From: Candidatus Levyibacteriota bacterium
GTDB taxonomy: Bacteria > Patescibacteriota > Microgenomatia > Levybacterales > UBA12049
NCBI GenBank assembly: GCA_963790825.1
Contig: CAWBPM010000002.1
Coordinates: 167,159 to 231,158 of the forward strand
Direction of reading: 5' to 3'
Length of the DNA stretch: 64,000 nucleotides
Shown here: piece by piece, positions 50,206-58,416 of the stretch
Numbering within the stretch: position 1 is the stretch's first letter
How the letters are laid out: each line of letters opens with the position of its first letter
The notes under the pieces: model-generated
Told to the model about the DNA's origin: nothing
The model's database searches: none
What the model saw: the letters and a program-made list of their open reading frames with translations, nothing else
Made by a program: the position numbers and the translations under genes

Positions 50206-51333
50206 ATGCCGTTTATTATGCACGAACTAATGAGAAGGGTACCCACAGGAGTGATAAGAAACGCAGAACGAATGGATAATCGGGAAGCATTATGCGGAAC
50301 GACGCTGATGCTGGAAAATATCTCCCGATATAAAATCCTCGCGTATGATAACCCGGCGGATAAAGAAAAAGTATTACCCTTGCAGGAGGAGCTGTTATTT
50401 CAACATTACCAAGGTGGTCATACCGTTGAAGATTTGGCAACTGACCAAAAGTTTACTTCGACTCTTAAAGGCAAGAAACTGGAATTGTTTAAAATGGCTG
50501 TGCGGGAGTTTAAACAGGAAAAAAAGCCTCTGATTAGTTTAATATCGGCAATGGAGCTCCCGCTTGTCATATCGGTTGCTAAAAAGTATTTAGGCAGCGG
50601 TATGAATATTGATGATCTTACGCAAATAGGATTTTTCGGGGTCAGAAAGGCGGTCGAAAAATATGATCCCAATAGAATAAATCCAAAAACAGGAAAAAGA
50701 TATATGTTCAGCACTTATGCTGTCTGGTGGGTGCGTCAAAGTATTCAACGTGAGATCGATAAGCATCGGGATTCTGTTCATACGCCAACACATGTTTTGG
50801 AACAAGGAGCTGCGGCAGAAAAAATATTCAGCGAAATGCGAAGTAACGGAGATGATCTCACAATAGAAGATTTTACAAAAATATTGCAGAATAGACTAAA
50901 AAATGGAACAGTGAAAAGTCGTCCGGGCAGAATAAGCATAAAAAAAGCACAAATGATTGCGTGCCAGGTTATAATAGGAGACAGCAATAATGTAGTTTAC
51001 CTGTCAGGACAGGTTAATTCCAACGGGGAAACCTGGGAAGATATCATCGAAGATAAGGAAAGTATATCGGTCGAGGAAAAAGCAATACAATTAGCAAATT
51101 CAGAAATTGTCCGGCAAGCATTAAGAGATTCTGACTTAACAGATAGAGAACGACTGGTTATTGAGCTTCATTATGGTTTAGCTGACGGTCAGGTAAGGAG
51201 GATGGAGGAAATAGTCGATGTCTTTGGTCTCAGTAGAGAAAGAATAAGGCAAATTGAAAGACGGGCACTGGGTAAGTTATTCCGGAATCAAAAAATCAGC
51301 AAACTTAAAGCAGACAATGAAATTACCGGCTAA
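50206..51333 (+). CDS. Divergent RpoD/SigA-like sigma-70 family factor
   Basis: Region 2 LVISVAKKY...DL.Q.G...AVEKYD...FSTYAVWWVRQSI; region 4 LSRERIRQIERRALGKL. Confidence 0.85.
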   Translation: MPFIMHELMRRVPTGVIRNAERMDNREALCGTTLMLENISRYKILAYDNPADKEKVLPLQEELLFQHYQGGHTVEDLATDQKFTSTLKGKKLELFKMAVREFKQEKKPLISLISAMELPLVISVAKKYLGSGMNIDDLTQIGFFGVRKAVEKYDPNRINPKTGKRYMFSTYAVWWVRQSIQREIDKHRDSVHTPTHVLEQGAAAEKIFSEMRSNGDDLTIEDFTKILQNRLKNGTVKSRPGRISIKKAQMIACQVIIGDSNNVVYLSGQVNSNGETWEDIIEDKESISVEEKAIQLANSEIVRQALRDSDLTDRERLVIELHYGLADGQVRRMEEIVDVFGLSRERIRQIERRALGKLFRNQKISKLKADNEITG

Positions 51334-51385
51334 GTGTCGCCTATTAATCACCCTTTTTTTATACTTGGGCTAGGATTTTAAAATG

Positions 51386-51931
51386 TTAAGCTCCAGGTTT
51401 TCCTATGTCAACCGTGGAGGGGAAGATGGTAACGTTTGCGAATTCTTCCATGGGAAAAATTAATGTAGGGGGGTCCTCAAAACTGACTTTTAATGGATAC
51501 TTTCTGCGCATTGTATCCAGAATTCGATAATTTGCAGTCATTAATTTTCTTTCTTCAAGCACAGATAAGTCTTCGAACTTTTCCTCAATCACAAATCGCG
51601 GTTCACGAGGTTGATAAATAACACGATCCCCGTCCGTTGTATGACAGATCACCGGTAAAAGCGCCTGATACCCACTAAAGGAGAGAATTATACCTTTCGC
51701 CTGGAGCTTAAAATTCTTTTTTTGTTCCGAAGTTTGGTTTAATATAGGTATATATTGTCCTAATTGCTGTTCTACCTTGATATTTAAAGTATCTAAAAAA
51801 CGGGGCCAAGTCTCGGTGCCATCTATCTCGGGTGCATCCGCATACGCCTCGATCAGATCGGAATTTACTAATTTGATTCTTCCAATATTATATCTGGGTA
51901 ATTTTACAAAAGGTACCTCTGCCAGCGACAT
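51386..51931 (-). CDS. Hypothetical protein (ORFan)
   Basis: ORF with TTGACT-N17-TATAAT-N6-ATG. Confidence 0.6.
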   Translation of the reverse strand: MSLAEVPFVKLPRYNIGRIKLVNSDLIEAYADAPEIDGTETWPRFLDTLNIKVEQQLGQYIPILNQTSEQKKNFKLQAKGIILSFSGYQALLPVICHTTDGDRVIYQPREPRFVIEEKFEDLSVLEERKLMTANYRILDTMRRKYPLKVSFEDPPTLIFPMEEFANVTIFPSTVDIGKPGA

Positions 51932-52036
51932 TTGAAGATTATAGGCAACTACTCCCGATGAGTCAACTCTTTGAATTCCCTGTCTTGCAAAAATAAGTTA
52001 TAATCGGTATCATAATTTCTACTTGACGCACTGTTT

Positions 52037-53173
52037 ATGAATACGATTATTTGTCCTCATTGTAAAAAACCGGTAGAAATCTCAGAAGCATTGCGGTCGG
52101 AGTTCGAAGAGCAAAATCTTAAAAAATGGGAAGAGGAGAAAAAAGTTGAAATAGAAAAAATAAAAATGACTGCGTTTTCAGATTCGCAAAAAAAACTTCA
52201 GGAACAGTTTGATCTGCAAATGAAACAAATGCTTCTCGATGCAAAAGACAAGGAAAAGCAAAACAAAGAGCTTTATGAACGGCTGGAAAAGTTAATGGAA
52301 GAAGGAAGAGTGTTAAAACGCGAGAAAGATGAAATGGGACTTGAAATGCAAAAAAAATTGGCGGGGGAAGAAGAAAAGATTCGACTGGATGCAAAACAAA
52401 AAGCGGAAGAAGAACAACATCTGAAAATCGCCGAGAAAGATAAGCAGCTGCGGGATACCTTGAAAGAGTTGGAAGATGCACGACGGAAATTAACCCAGGG
52501 TTCCCAGCAAGCGCAGGGTGAAACGTTTGAAGTGGAGTTAGAGAAGCAACTTAAAAGATATTGGCCTCAGGATAGTATTGAACCTATTGCTAAAGGAATC
52601 TCAGGTGCAGACATTAAACAAACTGTAAAAACTACCTTAGGAACGAATTGTGGGGTTATACTTTGGGAATTAAAACGAACTAAATCATGGAGTAATGATT
52701 GGGTTCCAAAATTGAAGAAGGATGTATTAAATGAAAAAGCAAACGCAGCTGTAATTGTCAGTACGCAACTCCCAGAAGAGGCAAAAAATGGTTTTGGACA
52801 AATCAACGGTGTTTACATTTGCTCACCAGATCTGTTTATCCCAATTTCAGGAATAGTACGGAAAAACTTAATTGATGTTGCTCGTCAAATAAATATGGCT
52901 GATAAACGAGGCGATAAAGCTAGTGAGTTATATAACTATGTGACCAGTCACGAATTTCCATTACAAGTAGAAAATATCATAGAAGCATATCGTGAGATTT
53001 CGCTGCAAATTGATAAAGAACGTACAGCAATGGAAAGAATTTGGAAAGTACGGGAAGCACAAGCACAACGTATTATTATCAGCACTGCCAATATTGTAGG
53101 TAGTATTCAGGGTAAAGTAGGGTCATCTATGCCACAAATTAAGGGGCTCGATCTACTGGAAGACGGGAAGTAA
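52037..53173 (+). CDS. DUF2130 family protein
   Basis: ICPHC, coiled coil, QGSQQAQGE..E, GAD and ILWELKRTKSW. Confidence 0.85.
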   Translation: MNTIICPHCKKPVEISEALRSEFEEQNLKKWEEEKKVEIEKIKMTAFSDSQKKLQEQFDLQMKQMLLDAKDKEKQNKELYERLEKLMEEGRVLKREKDEMGLEMQKKLAGEEEKIRLDAKQKAEEEQHLKIAEKDKQLRDTLKELEDARRKLTQGSQQAQGETFEVELEKQLKRYWPQDSIEPIAKGISGADIKQTVKTTLGTNCGVILWELKRTKSWSNDWVPKLKKDVLNEKANAAVIVSTQLPEEAKNGFGQINGVYICSPDLFIPISGIVRKNLIDVARQINMADKRGDKASELYNYVTSHEFPLQVENIIEAYREISLQIDKERTAMERIWKVREAQAQRIIISTANIVGSIQGKVGSSMPQIKGLDLLEDGK

Positions 53174-53509
53174 TTAATGATGTATCATCATCCAAGTGTC
53201 TATATATTCATATATCCAGGAAATGGCTATAATCCAAAACCCTAAGAGAGCAAGTTTTTTAAAAGATAGACGTATTTTTCTTATTAAAATATAAATTGGA
53301 ATAACAGAAACTATAAAAACCGGAATAAATATTTCTAAAACTAGAAAAAACCCACGTAAATCAAGAGCTGGTCCGGAACTTGGGGGTAATGGTTTAAACA
53401 CAAAGAAACCAATGATTGCTATAATAACCATAGTGACAGGGATTGTGATGATAAAGCAGACAATAGCTTCAACTATTGTATATAAAAGGGGTCGTTTATT
53501 ATTTTTCAC
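53174..53509 (-). CDS. Small 3-TM membrane protein
   Basis: Hydrophobic 111-aa ORF. Confidence 0.5.
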   Translation of the reverse strand: MKNNKRPLLYTIVEAIVCFIITIPVTMVIIAIIGFFVFKPLPPSSGPALDLRGFFLVLEIFIPVFIVSVIPIYILIRKIRLSFKKLALLGFWIIAISWIYEYIDTWMMIHH

Positions 53510-53553
53510 TAGAGCAAGTTTATTATGCTACGCTGAGCAATAAATTGTCAATT

Positions 53554-54168
53554 ATGAAAATTCCGCTGCCGACATTTGAATTTGAAAATAAATTTTGGCT
53601 TCAAGGTAAACAATATATTGCCGGAGTGGATGAGGTGGGAAGGGGATGTTTCGCCGGACCGGTGGTCGCAGCCGCGGTTATATTGCCTAAAACTTTTGCA
53701 GTCAAAGAAGTAAATGACTCTAAACTTTTGACTCCCAAGAAGCGGGAAGAATTGGCAGGCGTTATTAAAGAGCTTGCTCTGTCTTTCGCAATTGCGGAGA
53801 TTAATGTCGAAGTAATTAATCAACTAGGTATCGGAAAAGCGACGCAAATTGCATTCAAAAAAGCAATTGAGGATCTAGACATTCAGCCCGATCACATTTT
53901 AATTGACGCTTACTTTATAGACAGAATAGAAAGAGATCGGCAAACAGCGATTATTAAAGGCGACCAAAAGTCTATCTCGATTGCAGCTGCATCAATCATC
54001 GCGAAAGTCTACCGGGACAAATTGATGGTGAAACTGAACACGGACTATCTTCCCTACGATTTCTCATCGAATAAAGGATACGGCACGAAAAAACACCGTG
54101 AAGCGATAAAAAAATACGGTCTTTGCAATCTCCACAGAACCTCGTTTCATCTTAACAAGTTTCTCTAG
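53554..54168 (+). CDS. rnhB: Ribonuclease HII
   Basis: AGVDEVGRG.FAGPV, DSK, LIDA, KGD..S.SIAAASIIAKV.RD and KGYGT. Confidence 0.96.
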   Translation: MKIPLPTFEFENKFWLQGKQYIAGVDEVGRGCFAGPVVAAAVILPKTFAVKEVNDSKLLTPKKREELAGVIKELALSFAIAEINVEVINQLGIGKATQIAFKKAIEDLDIQPDHILIDAYFIDRIERDRQTAIIKGDQKSISIAAASIIAKVYRDKLMVKLNTDYLPYDFSSNKGYGTKKHREAIKKYGLCNLHRTSFHLNKFL

Positions 54169-54236
54169 TAATTTTTTCTAGATTAGTAAAACTCAGCTGT
54201 ATTGTATTTATTTATAAGGTAATTTATAATTACTAT

Positions 54237-55847
54237 GTGGATCGCTACTGCAATTTTTTGAAGAAAATTACATCTGTACATGACATATTTATTTTGCTTT
54301 GCACTGCCACGATAATTGCTTCTTTTACTACCGCCATTTTGAGTGTTCCAACCCAGATTGCATTTTATTATGATCAGGCCCGAGACGGATACCAAGCATA
54401 CTCCATCTGGCACAATCATCATCTAAAAATTTTGGGTCCCCCTACAGATGTACCGGGAGTTTTTCATGGCGTCCTGTGGTATTACTTTTTAGCTCCGGGA
54501 TATTGGCTGGCAAACGGTAATCCGGTCGTTGTCGTCTATATCTTTACGCTTTTAATGTATCTTACAGTACCGTTTTGCGGATATATCGCCTACACTATGA
54601 CAAAAAATAAAAAGGTTGCATTTCTGTCAGCGGCATTATACGCTTGCGCTCCTTTATTTATTAATTACAGTCATTGGTTATCCAATCCTGTTTTGACTGT
54701 GCTTATTACGCCTTTCCTCATGTACAGCCTGTTTAAATATATTATAAAAGCGAATGCTTTTTTTGCCGCAATTACGGGTTTATTATTCGGACTTATAATT
54801 CAATCAGACCTCGCGTTTTTACCCCTTTTAGTATTGATACCGGTATATATCTACGTTTTTCGCTTAAAAGTAAAAAAATCACATATAAGCTGGTTTTTCG
54901 CAGCGCTACTGCTCGCCTTATCAACTATTATTATTGCCGCGATAAAGTTTCATTCGAATGAATTAGTGCTTATTTTTCAAAGTTTTTTTGCCGCAACTAA
55001 TATACAATCCTCTCTCACATCTACAATATTTTCATTCATTGATACATTTGTCTCAATCCTGTCGATTACCTATATTTGTCTGCCTACTCTTATTACCGGC
55101 GCATTGATTTTATATTTTGCCTACAAATTACGAAAAAAATATATAAGAGAAAGAAGCATAGATACTATTTTTCTGGAAATCTGGACCGGCAGTATGCTCG
55201 TGTTATTTCTTATTAATCAGGGAAACGGCAGCACAATTTTTTTCTTCGCGCCGGTACTTTTTTCAATGGCAATTTTAGTGGCAAAAATAATTTACATTGC
55301 GTTCCCCAGAAAAGCAGTATTAGTATACGTCGTTCTGATACTATTCTTTCTGCAGATTTTAAGAAATCTAATTGCTGTATCTTCACAAACATCATATCTA
55401 GTTATTCAGCCGGGAATGATTTACAGCATAGAAACACAAGTAGTTGATTACACGTATCGTGAAGCGCATGGACAGCCATTTGTAATCAGTGCCATTACGA
55501 ACCCACTCTATATTGCGACAACCTGGTCATACATCTTCGAATTTTACGGCGAGCCACGCTACGGTTATATGCCTTATTGGGGAGGGAAAAGCCAGGTAGG
55601 TCAGTTAAACAGTTTTCCCGAAAATCCTAAGAATATCCGGCTACGATTTTTTATTATAGATCCTACAGCTATTATTCCGGCGATTTGGGTAAGCAAACTA
55701 ACCTACGAAGAAGATAAGCTGTCCGATATCCAAAGCGAGAAACAAATAGGTAAGTTTATGGTACAAACAAGACTTTTTCATCCGAACAAACCCGCACCGA
55801 CAATTCCAGAAGAGCTTATAAAAGACAAAGATGTACTGGATTTTTAA
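54237..55847 (+). CDS. GT-C (ArnT/PMT-like) membrane glycosyltransferase
   Basis: YDQARD...LGPPT...FHGVLWYY; about 12 TMs. Confidence 0.75.
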   Translation: MDRYCNFLKKITSVHDIFILLCTATIIASFTTAILSVPTQIAFYYDQARDGYQAYSIWHNHHLKILGPPTDVPGVFHGVLWYYFLAPGYWLANGNPVVVVYIFTLLMYLTVPFCGYIAYTMTKNKKVAFLSAALYACAPLFINYSHWLSNPVLTVLITPFLMYSLFKYIIKANAFFAAITGLLFGLIIQSDLAFLPLLVLIPVYIYVFRLKVKKSHISWFFAALLLALSTIIIAAIKFHSNELVLIFQSFFAATNIQSSLTSTIFSFIDTFVSILSITYICLPTLITGALILYFAYKLRKKYIRERSIDTIFLEIWTGSMLVLFLINQGNGSTIFFFAPVLFSMAILVAKIIYIAFPRKAVLVYVVLILFFLQILRNLIAVSSQTSYLVIQPGMIYSIETQVVDYTYREAHGQPFVISAITNPLYIATTWSYIFEFYGEPRYGYMPYWGGKSQVGQLNSFPENPKNIRLRFFIIDPTAIIPAIWVSKLTYEEDKLSDIQSEKQIGKFMVQTRLFHPNKPAPTIPEELIKDKDVLDF

Positions 55848-55904
55848 TATATCTATATTGTTTAGCTTGAATTTAGAGTCCGGGAGTGGTATTATTCAGC
55901 TGTT

Positions 55905-56723
55905 ATGGGAAGCGTAGAGGGAAGAGCCGGAGGACCAAGTCCGGAAGTACTAGAACTGCAAACTACAAGTGCCAGATTGAATTTGGTTAACTCCCATTTG
56001 CCTTTTCCTAATCTCCCCGGACTTTCGGAAATTGCCAAACAAGCTGATCCGGCATTGACCGATACCGCCAGGCATGAGCTGGGACATGCGGTAGTTGCCA
56101 GAAGTCTGGGCGAAACCCCCGAAGGGGTTTCAATCGTTCCAAACTACAGCGAGGGATATTTGGGAATCACCACATTTTCCTACGCGCCCGCTCCATCACA
56201 TTTTATTCTTATCGCTGCAGGAGGCGGAAATCATGGAGATGGATCTGATAATGGGAAAATTGAAATGCTGGGCGGATCGGTTAGCGGCGCCAAGAAAAAA
56301 GCGGAAGAGATAAAAAATAGTTTCGCAAGTCCTGAAACGCATACCATAGCCGCACAAATTCTGGCAAATCCAAAATTTCAGGATATTCCGGGAAGTTATG
56401 TCGACCCGATTTACAAACAGGCGGAGTTATACGCTAAAAATCCGGATGCGGGAAAACAAATTAAAATAACTTTTAAAGGGAATGACAAGTACGAAGTAAC
56501 AAAATATCAGGCTGACGGAAAAATGGAAGAATTCTATACGCGGTTTGACTGCTGCGGGGGGAGAAATATGCATACTCCAAATTGCGAAGCAAGACGCTTG
56601 CCGAAGCCGGAAGAAGCAGAGAAGAAAGAAAATAAAACAGAACAGGAATCGAGAGTCAGAGAATTTCCGATTTTCGTCGCTCCGGAGTTGACTGAAAAAT
56701 CTACATTATCTCTCGCCGCATAA
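55905..56723 (+). CDS. Zn metallopeptidase-like ORFan (M41/M50-like HEXXH)
   Basis: TARHELGHAVVA...LG.T...AAGG...SD. Confidence 0.6.
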   Translation: MGSVEGRAGGPSPEVLELQTTSARLNLVNSHLPFPNLPGLSEIAKQADPALTDTARHELGHAVVARSLGETPEGVSIVPNYSEGYLGITTFSYAPAPSHFILIAAGGGNHGDGSDNGKIEMLGGSVSGAKKKAEEIKNSFASPETHTIAAQILANPKFQDIPGSYVDPIYKQAELYAKNPDAGKQIKITFKGNDKYEVTKYQADGKMEEFYTRFDCCGGRNMHTPNCEARRLPKPEEAEKKENKTEQESRVREFPIFVAPELTEKSTLSLAA

Positions 56724-56771
56724 GTACTCCGGGTGAATAACTAAGAAAAGACAAAACCGGTCACTATTAAA

Positions 56772-58331
56772 TTACCCTCCGCTCTGTACAGACAGTTCTC
56801 TCAGGAAGAGGTTGTAGTCACCGGCATTGACTGATCCGTCATCGTTAAGGTCACTCTCTTTTCCGTTAGTTCCGGGACAGTTGGTGGGAGGAGTAAAGTC
56901 TGAGTAGCAACCAAGGAGTATATTGTAGTCCAGGATATTAAGGCTATTATCTCCGTTAATATCACCGACAATAAGAGAAACAGTAGGCGCTGTAGTAGAT
57001 TGTCCTTGGGAAAGAGAGATAATCCCGGGGAGTTGTCTCACTAGATATTTATCTGTTTTTACCTTTACTAAGTAGGAGCCGGTTGGAACAGTACTTCCCA
57101 GACTTACATTTCCCGAGAATGCTCCGGTATTTGTAGAATAGGTAATTGTTCCGGTCTGCGTAGTTACCAGTACATTACTAGCGTTATAGACTTGAACTGT
57201 TAGGCTTCTACTAGGGGTTAAAGGATTAGTATTACCACCACTATTAGGGTTAACCGAGTCTCCGGCTGAGCCTATTCCGTGCAGAAGGATAGTAGGAAAG
57301 GAGAGAGTGGTACTCCCCGGAACGGGTGTAGAAGTTAAAGAGGGTACAGGCGTCGTAGTAGGCTTTGTGGTAGGAGTGAGTGTAGGGGTGGGCGTACTAC
57401 TTGGACGGGGAGTAGGAGTTATAGTAGGATTAGAGGTTGGAGCCGAGGTTGACGTAGGATTTGGTGTACCTGAAAGAGGACTTAATGGACAGGCTTCACG
57501 ATAGGCTGTCAAATCGAGATCTTTTTTCATTGCAGTAAAATGCATAGCAACTGCCTGAGGACAAAATTGCGAGGTGTTAAGATTATATTCTACTTCAAAA
57601 ACCGCCTTATTATCATTAATAAATTTGGAGTATCCGCTACATTCACTATATTCAAAGCATTGTTCATTTAAGGCAAAATCAAAAAAAGGCTCAAGCGTAC
57701 TAATTTGATCAACATCGTTTTTCAAAGCTATTGATAAACCCAAGCTGTGAGCTAAACTCGCAATATATTCGTTATAGGTTATTTGATTTTGGGCAGTGAG
57801 GGGAAATCCTGTCGAATTAGAGTACCCATCAATATTATCCGGTTCTATTGCATCAAATCCTTTGTCTTTGCACATTTGAAAACGAGACTGCATAATTGGC
57901 CCTAAGATACTTATCTGGCGGATATCCAGCCATTGTTCTCCGGGCCAACCATCTACGGAACTTCCCTTGACTGATGAAGGAAAACTGGCTTGATCCGACC
58001 TCCAGTTCTCATATGTACCCACATCGATGTAACAAACAACTTTAACTCCTTTGGCATGCAGACTGGAAACTACGCTTGCGTCGTTGTCAAATCCGTCAAC
58101 ATCGTAAATTTCTGCGTCGACGGTTTGATCCACGGGGGTTGATAACTGCCACTGAAATGAAGTGCCAATAGCCGGCTGCCAAAGACCGGATGCAGCATGC
58201 TGTTCTATTGTTTGGGAATGCTTAATAATATTCATTAGCAAAAAAAGTCCCAGCATTAGAATTATGAGAATAAAAAAATAGTAATATCTTTTCTTCCGAT
58301 GAGAATTTTGTGATCTAGTTAATTTTTTCAT
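56772..58331 (-). CDS. GH114 endo-alpha-1,4-polygalactosaminidase with PT linker and dockerin-like module
   Basis: FQWQL, VCYIDVG..ENWR.D, W.GE.WLDI, FDAIEPDN and NEQC; C-terminal GDINGDNSLNILDY...DLNDDGSVN..DY. Confidence 0.85.
   Translation of the reverse strand: MKKLTRSQNSHRKKRYYYFFILIILMLGLFLLMNIIKHSQTIEQHAASGLWQPAIGTSFQWQLSTPVDQTVDAEIYDVDGFDNDASVVSSLHAKGVKVVCYIDVGTYENWRSDQASFPSSVKGSSVDGWPGEQWLDIRQISILGPIMQSRFQMCKDKGFDAIEPDNIDGYSNSTGFPLTAQNQITYNEYIASLAHSLGLSIALKNDVDQISTLEPFFDFALNEQCFEYSECSGYSKFINDNKAVFEVEYNLNTSQFCPQAVAMHFTAMKKDLDLTAYREACPLSPLSGTPNPTSTSAPTSNPTITPTPRPSSTPTPTLTPTTKPTTTPVPSLTSTPVPGSTTLSFPTILLHGIGSAGDSVNPNSGGNTNPLTPSRSLTVQVYNASNVLVTTQTGTITYSTNTGAFSGNVSLGSTVPTGSYLVKVKTDKYLVRQLPGIISLSQGQSTTAPTVSLIVGDINGDNSLNILDYNILLGCYSDFTPPTNCPGTNGKESDLNDDGSVNAGDYNLFLRELSVQSGG
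56785..56942. repeat. Dockerin-module DNA repeat, copy 1
   Basis: 158 bp with 8 mismatches by eye versus 58430-58587. Confidence 0.9.
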
Positions 58332-58416
58332 GATTACTCATTTAGAATATTTGATTATTACTAAGTTGTCAAGAAAACAGATTAATAAATTTTTGAGTAG
58401 TGTAGCGTATTGACCA

